In this document: positions 10,044-20,113 of the stretch, one piece after another
How the letters are laid out: each line of letters begins with the position of its first letter
Position numbering within the stretch: position 1 is the stretch's first letter
Assembly (NCBI GenBank): GCA_963749305.1
Contig: CAVVMN010000006.1
Span: 87,975 to 151,974 of the forward strand
From: an uncultured Acidimicrobiaceae bacterium
Lineage (GTDB): Bacteria > Actinomycetota > Acidimicrobiia > Acidimicrobiales > Palsa-688
Direction of reading: 5' to 3'
DNA length: 64,000 nt
The notes under the pieces: generated by a model
Databases searched by the model: none
Told to the model about the DNA's origin: nothing
What the model saw: only the letters and a program-made list of their open reading frames with translations
Made by a program: the position numbers and the translations under genes

Positions 10044-10589
10044 TCAAGCTGTTTCTCGAGCCGCCGACTGAACTTCTGGAGCGATGAGGATCGGGCGTCG
10101 GGTGTGCGACGCCAGGGTGTGAGAAACGCTGCCCAGCAACGCGGAACGTACGGCGCCCCGGCCCCGTTGACCACACACGATCAGGCGGGCTGATAGCTCA
10201 TCGGCTGTTTCAAGGATGGCCTGGGCCACCCCATCGAAGGACTCCTTGGTCATGGCTATGGCTCTGTACCCGTGCTCGTTCGCCCGGAGCGCCCCCTCTT
10301 CCGCCACCGACGTGGCATAGGACGCTTCCTCCCCGTCCAGGTCAGCGCCGGCGGCCGCACTACCGCCTACGAAAGCCCCGGTGCGAGCCAAGCGCGTCGC
10401 CAGGCTTTCCCATACCGTGAGCACGACCGCGTCTACCGGTCGGACGATCAGTTCCGATGCCGCCCGCAAGGCACGTCGTGACCCTTCAGACCCGTCGAAG
10501 CAAAACAACACAGGTAGCTCCGGGCTTCCTCCGGTCATAACGCTCTCCTTTATCCGCACCTGGGCTTTGAATAATCGCTGGTCCGTCAA
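10044..10589 (-). CDS. universal stress protein (UspA family)
   Basis: VLFCFDGSEGSRRALRAA...LIVCGQRGRGAVRSALLGSVSHTLASHTRRPILI is a typical USP. The start is probably MTGGS at about 10538. Confidence 0.8.
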   Translation of the reverse strand: MTDQRLFKAQVRIKESVMTGGSPELPVLFCFDGSEGSRRALRAASELIVRPVDAVVLTVWESLATRLARTGAFVGGSAAAGADLDGEEASYATSVAEEGALRANEHGYRAIAMTKESFDGVAQAILETADELSARLIVCGQRGRGAVRSALLGSVSHTLASHTRRPILIAPEVQSAARETA

Positions 10590-10685
10590 ACGTACCTGGT
10601 GGCCAACTCAGGAGCCCGCCAAACCGTGTGGTGGGTAAGGACGAGACGACCGATGGGTCGATGGGAGCGAGCGTGCCCTTAATGC

Positions 10686-11536
10686 CTAGTCAGCGGTCAA
10701 CATCGTCCAGAAGGCGCGCGCCGCAGGGTTCGAGGGGCCGGGGGCTAAGGCCCGCACGCTGACCCGCCACAGCCACTGCCGGCCACTTACCGTCAGCAAG
10801 TGCAGCCGCGACCTCCTCGGAGCGGCTATGGCCTCGGGGACAATCGCGACACCGAGGCCGGCTTCGACCAGGTCGAGCAATGTGGCGGTGTCGTTGACTT
10901 CGAAGGCATAGCGCGGTTCAATTCCAACCGAACGCAGAGCGAGGTCCGAGAGTGATCGTACTCCCCACCCGGGTGGCTAGCCGGCCAGGGTGACCTCGGC
11001 CAGGGCCAGCAGGCTGACGGCGTCCTTAGTGGCTAGGCCCTGCTCAGGACTGCAGACGACGACCAGGGGCGACCCGGCGATGTCGAACGACACCTGGCCC
11101 GCAGATCCTTCCGCGGAGCCTGCCCTGAAGATGACGTCGAGGTCGTGGGCGCTGAGCAGCCGGCCAAGATCCTCCGAGCTCGCTTGCTGCAGCTTGAGTT
11201 CGACGCCGGGATAGGTGCGACGGTAGCTGGCCAGCAGGCCGGGAAGGTCAAAAAACAGGTCGGTGGCTTGCATTATCCCGATGGACAAGGTGCCTCGCCG
11301 GAGCCCTTCGACGGCGGCGACCGCCTCGGCTGCGGCGCGAGCCGACGCCAGGGTGCGGCGGGCTTCGTCCAGCAAGGCGGCGCCCGCCGCGGTCAGCTCT
11401 ACGTGACGCGTGGTGCGCGAAAAGAGAGCGGCGCCAAGCTCCCTCTCCAGGGACCGGACGGTGGCCGAAAGACCCGACTGGGCGACGAATAGGCGTGTCG
11501 CCGCTGTACGTCCTATACCAGGATCGCGACGGCTTC
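10686..11536 (-). pseudogene. LysR-type transcriptional regulator remnant (5' truncated, in-frame TAG)
   Basis: The HTH begins mid-motif (...GRTAATRLFVAQSGLSATVRSLERELGAALFSRTTRHVELTAAG). The substrate domain is interrupted by an in-frame TAG at 10977-10979 and then continues in the same frame (...EVNDTATLLDLVEAGLGVAIVP). Confidence 0.7.
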
Positions 11537-12613
11537 ACGTCCTTCCTCGTGAGCATTGTTTTTGCCGTTTATGCCGTGAGCGTGATGGTCAGCCTGCTCC
11601 TGGCGGGCCACGTCTCTGACTGGCTGGGGCGCCGGCGCGTCCTCGTGCCGGCTCTGGGGTTCGAGGTGGTCGCGGCCTTCGTGTTCCTGGCGTGGCCGGC
11701 CCTCGCCGGGCTGGTCCTCGGCCGTGTCGTCAGTGGGCTGGGCATCGGCATGATCACAGCCACTGCCACCGCACACTTACGAGATCTCCATGCGCTCGGC
11801 CGGCCCGGCTCTGGTGCTGGCCGGTTCGAGGTCGTCTCCACTGCAGCGAACCTTGGGGGTCTCGGGGTTGGCACCTTGGTCTCGGGAGCGTTGGCTCAAT
11901 TCGTGGCTCCGCCGCTTGTTGTCCCCTACGCGGTCTTTGCTGCTTTGCTGCTCCTGGCCATCGTCGGGCTGGCCTTTGTGCCCGAGACGGTCCGTCCCCC
12001 GACAGTCCGGCCCCGCTACCGGCCTCAGCGCATCACCCTCGGTCACGAGGACCGGGCCACCGCGGTGATGGCCGCGACTGGCGCCTTCGTCGGTTTCGCT
12101 GTGTTCGGCTTGTTCACGTCGCTGGCGCCCAGCTTCGTCGCCGTAACTTTGCACCATCCCAGCCGCCTGTTGGCCGGCGTTGTGCCCTTCATAGTCTTCG
12201 GCGCCGCCGCGCTGGCCCAGACTGCCACCGGACGTCTGGCCAACCACGCCCGGGTTTTGGCCGGCATCGGTTCCCAAGCAATCGGGCTCGTCGTGGTCGC
12301 CGTCGCCATGCAGGACGCCAATTTGGCCTCGTTCTTGGTCGGCGGAGCACTGGCTGGCGCGGGGGCCGGCGTATTATTCAAATCTGCGCTTGCCGCCTAC
12401 GTGGGCCTGGCCGAGCCGGCCCGGAGGGGGGAGGCGGCATCGAGCCTGTTCCTGTTCGCTTATTTGGGGCTTGTCGTCCCGGTCTTGGGTATCGGGGTCA
12501 GCACTCTCTATGTGAGCGCCCAGACTGCCATGTTGCTCTTCACCGGTGCCCTGCTCGTCATCCTGGCCGTCACCGCCGCCCTTGCCCTTCGGCCATCGGC
12601 CGCACATAAATAA
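11495..12613 (+). CDS. MFS transporter lacking the first TM segment
   Basis: 372 aa. Starts at the loop1/TM2 region (PLYVLYQDRDGFTSFLVSIVFAVYAV...GHVSDWLGRRRVL). Its 5' end overlaps the remnant 5' end of the divergent LysR gene. Confidence 0.6.
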   Translation: MSPLYVLYQDRDGFTSFLVSIVFAVYAVSVMVSLLLAGHVSDWLGRRRVLVPALGFEVVAAFVFLAWPALAGLVLGRVVSGLGIGMITATATAHLRDLHALGRPGSGAGRFEVVSTAANLGGLGVGTLVSGALAQFVAPPLVVPYAVFAALLLLAIVGLAFVPETVRPPTVRPRYRPQRITLGHEDRATAVMAATGAFVGFAVFGLFTSLAPSFVAVTLHHPSRLLAGVVPFIVFGAAALAQTATGRLANHARVLAGIGSQAIGLVVVAVAMQDANLASFLVGGALAGAGAGVLFKSALAAYVGLAEPARRGEAASSLFLFAYLGLVVPVLGIGVSTLYVSAQTAMLLFTGALLVILAVTAALALRPSAAHK

Positions 12614-13903
12614 CTGGGGGCTCGGGACCGCGGAGCTCGTTGCCGGCACCGGCGGGGACTGGCGGAAAGCTGATCGTTATCGCCAGCCCGCCCTCGTTCC
12701 GGCTGCTGACATCGACCTCGGCGCCGTGGGATGAAGCGACCGCTTGCACAATCGAGAGACCCAGCCCAATCCCGTCGCCACGGCCGGTACGGTCCCGGGC
12801 CATCCGCTGGAACGGTTGGAACAGACGCTGTACGTGTGCTTGTGGCACCTGTGGCCCGGTGTTCTCGACTGACAGGACCGCCCGCCCAGCCATGGTCATC
12901 GCGGAAACCCTGATCGTTCCACCCGGGACGTTGTAGCGAGCCGCGTTGTTGACCAGGTTCGCCACCATCCGCTCGACCAGGTGGGGATCCCCGACAAGAG
13001 GTGAGGGGGCAAGGGACGGCTCGAGGCGCAGCGCGAACGCTGCGACCTCCCCTGGGGGGTGGCCGAGTACGCCTCGGACGATGGCAGCGAGGTCAAGTGC
13101 CTCTTGGCGGCCCGAGCCCGCCTCTCCCCGGGCGAGGGTTAGGAGGGCGTCGAGCAACCGCTCCTGCTGCGCTCCTGCGGCCAGCACCCGCTCGTGGGCG
13201 GCGCGCAGGCTCTCGGCCGTCGCGTCGGGGTCCGACAGCGCCACTTGGGCGATTGCTCGCTGACGGGCCAGAGGGGTGCGAAGCTCGTGCGACGCGTTAG
13301 CCACGAAGCGCCGATGCGACTCGAAAGACCGCTCCAGCCTGTCGAGCAACTGGTTGAAGGTCGTGCCGAGTTCTTTCAGCTCGTCGTCAGGGCCGTCGAG
13401 GGGCAGGCGGCACTGCAGGTTCGTCGCCGAGATGTTCTGGGCCGACGAGCTGAGAGCGCGCAGCGGGCGAAGGACCCTGCCGGCCACGACCCACCCGAAA
13501 AGCGTGGAGAGAACGACCATGGCCCCGAAGGCGACGAGTGAGTAATCGTAGAGGGTGCGGACGTCGTTGTCCCGCTGGTTGAGGGCCCCGGTCCTTATCT
13601 GGTTGGCCTCGGCCTGGCTCATCTCCCTACCGCGATAGACGACGTCAGACCCCGCTCCCTTGGTGTTCTTGGCCTCGGCCAGGGTCATGTCCCTACCGCG
13701 GTGTACGACGACGACCGAGTTCCCCCCGTAACGCCGGTTGCCCGGTCAACGAGGAAGTTTGTGGCGACCAGCAAGGCGGCGCCCGACACGAGAAAGAGGG
13801 AACCGTACAGGAGGGTGAGCCGCAACCTCACAGTGCGACGGGGGAGGTGCGGACCGGGACCGATCGTTGCCAGGCGTTGAGAGAGGCGTCCGCGGAGGAG
13901 CAT
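12570..13903 (-). CDS. sensor histidine kinase (TM-HAMP-HisKA-HATPase), apparent frameshift
   Basis: ORFs 13685-13903 (TM leader) and 12570-13688 (HAMP, H-box NASHELRTPL, N/G boxes). Adding one base to the C6 run at 13722-13727 fuses them into one ORF. Confidence 0.85.
13605..13712. repeat. imperfect tandem duplication (66-bp period) inside the histidine-kinase gene
   Basis: GGCCTCGGCC(T/A)GG(C/G)TCAT(C/G)TCCCTACCGCG(A/G)T(A/G)(G/T)ACGACG occurs at 13605 and again at 13671. It encodes VV(H/Y)RGR(D/E)M(T/S)(L/Q)AEA twice. Confidence 0.75.
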
Positions 13904-13906
13904 GGC

Positions 13907-14572
13907 TCAGATCCGGTAGCCCGACTTCGGCACGGTCTCAATGACCGGCGGGGCCCCGAGCTTCGCCCGTAGCCTGCTGACGGTGACCTTCACCGCCTGG
14001 GTGAACGGGTCGGCCGCCTCGTCCCACGCCCGCTCCAATAGCTCTTCCGCCGAGACGGAACGGCCCTGAGCGGAAACGAGGAGCTCGAGCACCGCGAACT
14101 CCTTTGGGGTGAGGTCCAGCGGGCGCTCCGCTCGCCAAGCGCGGCGCTGCGAGGTGTCGACGACCAGGTCGCCCTGGCGCAGCACCGGCGGCACCGCCGG
14201 CTGGGAGCGCCGGGCCAGCGCCTGGATCCGGGCGGCCAAGACGGGAAAATCGAACGGCTTAGCGAGGTAGTCATCGGCGCCGATCCCCAGCCCCTCCACC
14301 AGGTCGTCGGCGGTGGCTGCAGCCGTCAGCATCAGGATTCGGCTCCGGCAGCCGTCAGCCACCAGATTGGCGCAGACTTCGTCTCCGTGGAACAGCGGGA
14401 GATCGCGGTCGAGCACGATCACGTCGTAATCATTCACGGACGCCCGCTCCACTGCGGAGAGGCCGTCGTAGACCGCGTCGACCGCCATTTGGTACCGGCG
14501 GAGGCCGAGGGCGACCGTTTCGGCCATCTCCACGTCGTCCTCTACCACCAGCACCCGCAAGGTCGCTCCCAT
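13907..14572 (-). CDS. OmpR/PhoB-family response regulator
   Basis: 221 aa. Receiver (VLVVEDD...VIVLDRDLP) plus winged-helix output (LTPKEFAVLELL...VPKSGYRI). It lies 3 nt upstream of the kinase. Confidence 0.9.
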   Translation of the reverse strand: MGATLRVLVVEDDVEMAETVALGLRRYQMAVDAVYDGLSAVERASVNDYDVIVLDRDLPLFHGDEVCANLVADGCRSRILMLTAAATADDLVEGLGIGADDYLAKPFDFPVLAARIQALARRSQPAVPPVLRQGDLVVDTSQRRAWRAERPLDLTPKEFAVLELLVSAQGRSVSAEELLERAWDEAADPFTQAVKVTVSRLRAKLGAPPVIETVPKSGYRI

Positions 14573-14758
14573 CTGTGGACCAGGTCACGGCTGAGCCCGC
14601 GTCCAGCATGCCTCCAGAACGGTTTCGAGAAGGTTTCACCCCGCCGGTATCGGTCTCACGCCGATCCGTTGGGCGCTTCGAAGACCGAAACCTTCCCGCA
14701 ACCTCCAGGCCTGTACCACTTCTCAAAGATGGTGGGCTTTATACCTCCGGGAGGGACC

Positions 14759-15433
14759 ATGGACCACGGCACGGACAAGCGAGACCACCGGCACAAGAGC
14801 GGGAGGCTCGTGCCCGGGACCAAAGAAAAACGCCCAGCCGGCACGGTGCGGCGATGGCTTGTTGCGCTGGCGCCCCTGGTTGTTGTCGTCTTGGGTTTAG
14901 GTGCATGCGGGCGCGCCTCCCCCAGCTCGGCCGCCCGTATAGCCACGACGGTTTCATACACCAATTCGGTGCCAGCGATCTCGAGGGGCACGACTAAGGG
15001 CCGGTCCCTGTCCAGTAAGCCGGGGTCGACGGGGGAGTCGAGCCAATCGGAGCAGCTGGAGCTCGCGCAGTGCATGCGGTCCCATGGGGTGGCCAACTTC
15101 CCGGACCCCAGCCCCGAAGGCGGGTTCCTCAGCGCGTTGTCGGCCGCGGGCATCGATACGCACTCGCCCAGCTACCAGCGGGCACTGCAGGCCTGTAAGA
15201 GGTACAACCCCGCCGAAGACATGACACCGGCCCAGAGCGCCGCCGAAATGGCCAAGGCACTCGAGTTGTCTGAGTGTATGCGGTCCCATGGGGTGCCCAA
15301 TTTCCCCGATCCGGGCACGGGCCCTGTCGGTGAGCAAGTCATTGACCTACGAGGGCGGGACATCGACGTCAACAGCCCGACGTTTCAAGCTGCCAGTAAA
15401 GCGTGCCAGAAGGTCGTGCCGGGATCGAAGTAA
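14759..15433 (+). CDS. secreted or lipoprotein with duplicated CMRSHGVxNFPDP module
   Basis: Signal/lipobox-like LVVVVLGLGACG. Two copies of (L)xxCMRSHGV(A/P)NFPDP...SP(S/T)(Y/F)Q(R/A)A(L/S)(Q/K)AC(K/Q)(R/K). The ORF-track start at 14387 is antisense to the response regulator and is rejected. Confidence 0.65.
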   Translation: MDHGTDKRDHRHKSGRLVPGTKEKRPAGTVRRWLVALAPLVVVVLGLGACGRASPSSAARIATTVSYTNSVPAISRGTTKGRSLSSKPGSTGESSQSEQLELAQCMRSHGVANFPDPSPEGGFLSALSAAGIDTHSPSYQRALQACKRYNPAEDMTPAQSAAEMAKALELSECMRSHGVPNFPDPGTGPVGEQVIDLRGRDIDVNSPTFQAASKACQKVVPGSK

Positions 15434-15544
15434 GCGCGGCCTCCTCGGTACGGGCAGCGTCTCTCTACCATGTCGCCACATCAAGCCGGGGACCGTCAAT
15501 GACCCGCTGGTCGGTCGGCTCCCGGGATCTATAGCGTTCCTCCT

Positions 15545-15943
15545 ATGAGCGTCACCGCAAGAGGAACCTTTGACATCAGCTTGGCGCCAGGCCCAACTGA
15601 GCTAGATGGGGCTGTAAGCCGCTTCGAGTTCACCAAAACGTTCAAAGGCGATCTCGAAGGCACCAGCACAGGGGTAATGCTTTCCGCCGGTGATCCCCAG
15701 CGTGGTGCGGCCGGCTACGTCGCTGTGGAGAGCGTCCGCGGCAAGCTCAGCGACCGTGAGGGTAGCTTCGCGTTCCAGCAGTTCGGCACGTTGCTTGGCG
15801 GTTCACAGACGCTCCACTATGAAGTCGTCCCCGGATCGGGCGAGCGTGGCCTGAGTGGCATAACCGGCAGGCTTCGGCTCACGATCGACGATGACGGCAC
15901 CCACCATTACGAGCTCGAGTACGACCTCTCACCATCGGAATGA
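15545..15943 (+). CDS. DUF3224 domain protein
   Basis: 132 aa. GTFDISL...FEFTKTFKGDLEGTSTGVML...GYVAVESVRGKLSDREGSF...HHYELEYDL fits DUF3224. Confidence 0.7.
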   Translation: MSVTARGTFDISLAPGPTELDGAVSRFEFTKTFKGDLEGTSTGVMLSAGDPQRGAAGYVAVESVRGKLSDREGSFAFQQFGTLLGGSQTLHYEVVPGSGERGLSGITGRLRLTIDDDGTHHYELEYDLSPSE

Positions 15944-15949
15944 AGCTGA

Positions 15950-17158
15950 CTACGTTGTCAGCTCGATGTCCAGGGCAGCCACGCCGGGCAACGACACATT
16001 GTCCTTGTAAGGCGGGGGATCTTGTACGAGCTCGATCCTCGAAAAGCGTTGACCGACCCTGCCGAATACCTCTTCCCCCTCCATGCGCGAGAGGGGCGCC
16101 CCGATGCAGTGGTGGAGGCCGAACCCGAAGCCCAGATGGCGGTTGTTGGGCCGTGCGATGTCGAAGCTCTGAGGGTCTTCGAATTGGCGCGGGTCGCGGT
16201 TGGCCGCCGCCAGTACGAGGAACAGGTCGGCGTATGCCGGGACTGCACCTGTCGACAGCTCGATGTCCTCGAGCGGCAGGCGGGGCCGCAGGTGCACGGG
16301 AGGGTAGAAGCGCAACACCTCCTCGACTGCACTGCGAACGAGTGATGGGTCTTCCCGGAGTCGCTCGAACTCCGCAGGGTACCTGGCGAAGGCCAAGATC
16401 CCGTTGGCGATCAAGTTGACCGTGGTCTCGTGGCCGGCAAGGAGGAGCAGGATGATATTGACCATTAGCTCTGCCTCGCTCAAACGGTCTCCTTCTTCCT
16501 CGACTTTGAGTAGGGCCGAGAGAAAGTCGTCGCCCGGGTTGCGTCGGCGCGCAGCGATGAGCTCATGGAAATAAGCCCACAGCTCGTTGTAGGCGGTGGC
16601 GTGCTGTTCGATGAGCTCGGGAGTAAGGACAAAGTAGGGGTCAGTCGCCCTGACGACTGAAGACGACCAGGCCTTTAGACTCTCGAGGTCATTGGTGGGT
16701 ACACCAAGCAGGTCGCAGATGATGAGCACGGGCAGGGGGAAAGCGAGCTCAGAAACGACCTCCATAGTGCCCCGCTCAGAGGCCACATCGAGCGCATTGT
16801 CCACGATCTGTCGCATTCGAGGCCGAAGGGTTTCGACCCGACGGGGAGTGAAGGTTCTGCCCAGGAGGCTTCGTACCCTCGTGTGGTCCGGGGGGTCAGC
16901 GTTGAGGATGCTGGGCACGAGGGCGTCATCGCTGAACGCGTGCTCGGCGGACCACTCTGGCGACTTTTGAAAGTCGCTGCTCGCCGCCCGGTGCCTCATA
17001 ACGGCCATGCAGTCTTCATAGCGGGAGACCAGCAACGTCCCGTAGATGCTGTGGTAAATGGGGGCGTGCTCGACGAGGGCTTTGTACGTGGGGTACGGGT
17101 CGGCCCTGAACTTCGGGTCAAACGGCTCCCATGCGATGCTCATGTCACTCGCATCCAA
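15950..17158 (-). CDS. cytochrome P450
   Basis: 402 aa with I-helix LLLAGHETT, ExxR (EEVLRFYPP) and heme loop FGFGLHHCIGAPL. Confidence 0.92.
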   Translation of the reverse strand: MDASDMSIAWEPFDPKFRADPYPTYKALVEHAPIYHSIYGTLLVSRYEDCMAVMRHRAASSDFQKSPEWSAEHAFSDDALVPSILNADPPDHTRVRSLLGRTFTPRRVETLRPRMRQIVDNALDVASERGTMEVVSELAFPLPVLIICDLLGVPTNDLESLKAWSSSVVRATDPYFVLTPELIEQHATAYNELWAYFHELIAARRRNPGDDFLSALLKVEEEGDRLSEAELMVNIILLLLAGHETTVNLIANGILAFARYPAEFERLREDPSLVRSAVEEVLRFYPPVHLRPRLPLEDIELSTGAVPAYADLFLVLAAANRDPRQFEDPQSFDIARPNNRHLGFGFGLHHCIGAPLSRMEGEEVFGRVGQRFSRIELVQDPPPYKDNVSLPGVAALDIELTT

Positions 17159-17397
17159 CGGGATGCCGGATCAGACCGACGAGACGAATACTCGACTGTG
17201 GTGGAACTTGGGTTCGCGGCCGTGGTGATCGTGTGTCCCACTTGCGACCAGAGTGTGACCGGCACGTGCTTGCTGTCATAGCGCGCGCTCAATGATAGAT
17301 GCCGCCCAGCTCGACTGCTCCATGATGGACTGACGAGGGCTGTCACTTGTCCCTCTCGCCGAAACAACTGTGGTGGCGTCGGCAGCGCCTTAACTTT

Positions 17398-17778
17398 TTA
17401 GCTGCGGCTGTTCGCCGTGACGTCCAGGATCCCCGCATCGCTGCCCGGGTTAGGCAGGACAACGCTAAGTTGGCCAAGGCCCTGAACTGGTACTTGGACA
17501 GAGCTGCTACCAGTAACTTCGAGCTGCCAGACGGTCTTGCCCCCGACGCGGAACTCGATTGGGGTATTCCGCGAGCGGAACTGCACCTTTAGTGGGCCAG
17601 AGTTTGCTTGGTCGAGCGCCAGTGTGGCCCTCAGCGTCGAGTAATCGTTGTTCAGCCCCAGGTGAAGGACGTGTCGCAGTTTGTGCCTATCAAAGAGAAG
17701 CCTGAGGTCCACTTCTGTCCCGAGATAGTGGTCATGGGCGAGGTCGGGGTGGCCGCACGGTACGACCCACCGCTGCAT
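17398..17778 (-). CDS. hypothetical beta-rich domain protein, probably the 3' part of a fragmented gene
   Basis: 126-aa ORF in a visibly lower-GC stretch. Upstream minus-strand ORFs (17652-17987, 17905-18123) look like earlier pieces in other frames. No family recognised. Confidence 0.25.
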   Translation of the reverse strand: MQRWVVPCGHPDLAHDHYLGTEVDLRLLFDRHKLRHVLHLGLNNDYSTLRATLALDQANSGPLKVQFRSRNTPIEFRVGGKTVWQLEVTGSSSVQVPVQGLGQLSVVLPNPGSDAGILDVTANSRS

Positions 17779-18410
17779 TTCGCGCTGACGCTGGGCTCGC
17801 CGATCGACTGCAAGTTCGCCGCTTTTGTAGTACCCAACGCCCTGATGCCGGCCACGATATGGAGGGCCTGGGGCAGGGTGAGGAGCGAGGTGTCGATGAA
17901 CATCTCAGTCTGTTTTGCCGGGCTGGTGCCGAACTGGTAGGGCTGTGCCCACTGGAGGACGTAGCCGCTCTTGACCCCGTTGGCCACGGTGCACTACTTG
18001 AGCACCGCGGCAATAGACCGACACCTTCACACTGACCATGTCTTTGGGGATGCCAACGTTCCAGATGCCGACTTGCCACGAAGTGCCCCGAGAACTGTGG
18101 GGCTCGCCCACTTTCAAGCGCATCAGCCACGCTCTCAGCCTGGCCTGGGGGGGTGGCCATCATCGCTATAGGCGCCTCTCGGCTGGTGGCCGAAGTCGTC
18201 CACCGCCAGGGCTCGGGCCGCGCTTTGCCCCAGTTGTTGCTCGGGCTGGCGGTACCCGTGATCATCGTCATCTACATGCTCAGGTTCACCAGGAGCTACG
18301 CCGAACGGGTGGCCCACAGCCCGGCGTGATAGATAATCGGCGTTGTCTTTGAGATTGAGCTGTCGCTTGGCTTTGACCCCAAGCGCGGGGCGTGATCGGA
18401 GGACCAGTAC

Positions 18411-19820
18411 ATGAGCGAGTTCCAGCCGGGAAATGCCATCCCAGAAGTGCGAGCGGCCGCCCTCTTGAAAAAGAGGCGGATGTGGGCCTTTCCGCTCGTA
18501 GTCGGGTCTCTCATGATCGGACTGGTGACCCTCGTCTATTTTGGCTCGATCGTCGACCCGACGGGGCACCTTCACGGGTTGCCGGTGCTGCTCGTGAACC
18601 AGGACCGGGGCGCCCAGACCGCTAGCGGAAAAGTGAACCTGGGCGACGAGGTCACCTCCGCTCTTACTCGCTCGGCTCAGGTCTCTACCAAGCTCGCCCT
18701 CGACGTCACCACGCTCACAAACGCAGAAGCCCAGATGGACAAGAACAACGGGTACGCCACCATCGTCATCCCGGCCGGGTTTACCAGTTCGGTATTGGCT
18801 CTCGCCGCGCCCCCAACGGCGTCTGGGCCGGCCACTCCTACTACCCCTCTCCCCGCCATCGAGCTCCTCGAAAATGACCGGTCAGGGACCCTCGGGGTCA
18901 GTCTCGCCGCTGGTGTCGTACAGCCCGCGATCAGTGCCGTGTCCAAAAAGATCGGTTCCCAGTTGCTGAAGTCCACCGCTACAAGCGGCCAGCCCAGCGC
19001 AGCCCCGAAGGCCCTGCTCGAAGACCCGGTCAGCCTCAGTCCCGTGGATTACCGACCGCTGCCGTCTCATGCCGGGCTCGGGCTCAGCGCCTTTTACGGA
19101 GCTCTTCTAGTCATGATGTGCGGGTTCCTGGGCGCGACGATCATCAACTCGTCGGTCGATGCCGGTCTGGGGTATGCCACCAGTGAAGTAGGGCCCTGGT
19201 GGCGCCAACGGCTCCCTCTCAGCATCACTCGTTGGCAGACGCTGCTGGCCAAATGGGCCGTGGCGGTGCCCGTTATGCTGGTCTTCACCGGCGTGTTGCT
19301 GGGCGTGGCGGCGGGCGTCCTCCGGGTGGACGCGCCGCACTGGGGGTACCTGTGGCTCTACGGCTGGTTTGCCGCGTCAGTCGTCTGTATCGGTACGCTC
19401 GTGCTGTTCGCCGCCCTAGGGGGCCTAGGGCAGCTCATTGCCCTCCTGGTCTTTGTGTACATCGGCTTGGCGTCCTCGGGCGGCACGATACCTCTCGAGG
19501 CGCTGGCCGGTTTTTACAAGTTCGTGGCCAATTTCGAACCGTTGCGCCAGATCCTGTCCGGCGTAAGGGCCATCCTTTATTTCAATTCGGCGCTGAGTGC
19601 CGGCCTGAGCAGGGCACTTATCCTTACATCTATAGGCCTGGTTTTCTGGGTCGTGATCGGCGTGGTGGTTACGACCTGGTACGACCGGCGTGGCTTCGAC
19701 CGCCTGCGGCCCGAAATCCTCGCATACACCTACAGCGCCGTGCACACGTACAAAGAACAGCGCCAACAGCTCAGTACGGTCGACGGGCCGGAGACTACGA
19801 CTAGCGCAGAGGGGCCTTGA
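18411..19820 (+). CDS. YhgE/Pip-domain (DUF3533-like) integral membrane protein
   Basis: 469 aa. An N-terminal TM segment, a large extracytoplasmic domain (VDPTGHLHGLPVLLVNQD...) and then about 5 C-terminal TM segments give YhgE/Pip architecture. Confidence 0.7.
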   Translation: MSEFQPGNAIPEVRAAALLKKRRMWAFPLVVGSLMIGLVTLVYFGSIVDPTGHLHGLPVLLVNQDRGAQTASGKVNLGDEVTSALTRSAQVSTKLALDVTTLTNAEAQMDKNNGYATIVIPAGFTSSVLALAAPPTASGPATPTTPLPAIELLENDRSGTLGVSLAAGVVQPAISAVSKKIGSQLLKSTATSGQPSAAPKALLEDPVSLSPVDYRPLPSHAGLGLSAFYGALLVMMCGFLGATIINSSVDAGLGYATSEVGPWWRQRLPLSITRWQTLLAKWAVAVPVMLVFTGVLLGVAAGVLRVDAPHWGYLWLYGWFAASVVCIGTLVLFAALGGLGQLIALLVFVYIGLASSGGTIPLEALAGFYKFVANFEPLRQILSGVRAILYFNSALSAGLSRALILTSIGLVFWVVIGVVVTTWYDRRGFDRLRPEILAYTYSAVHTYKEQRQQLSTVDGPETTTSAEGP

Positions 19821-20113
19821 GCTCCTTCGGAGAGGCCCGGCCTCGTTGAGGTTGTGGCCGCCTTCGCACCCGGACAGCGCTATCGAAAGAGAAAAGCCTG
19901 CTCATAAGGCCTAAGCGCGTGATCCAACAAAGGAACTGGATAAGTCGGTCCATGTGCTGCTAGACCCGATGTGACCGGAGCAAGCCCCATCGGCAGGCGT
20001 GCGGCTCCGTCTGTCCGACACCAGAAGGAGAACGATGCACGTCCCGCCCCGACTTTCTGCCCCCGGGTCGACACCGCCGCGGCCATGGTGCGCCGTGCCG
20101 GTGTCGGTGTGGC

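Noticed and set aside
14387-14758. N-terminal 124 aa of the 348-aa plus-strand ORF
   Set aside because: This part is antisense to the well-supported response-regulator gene and lacks protein-like features. The signal-peptide-bearing protein starts at 14759 (or 14729).
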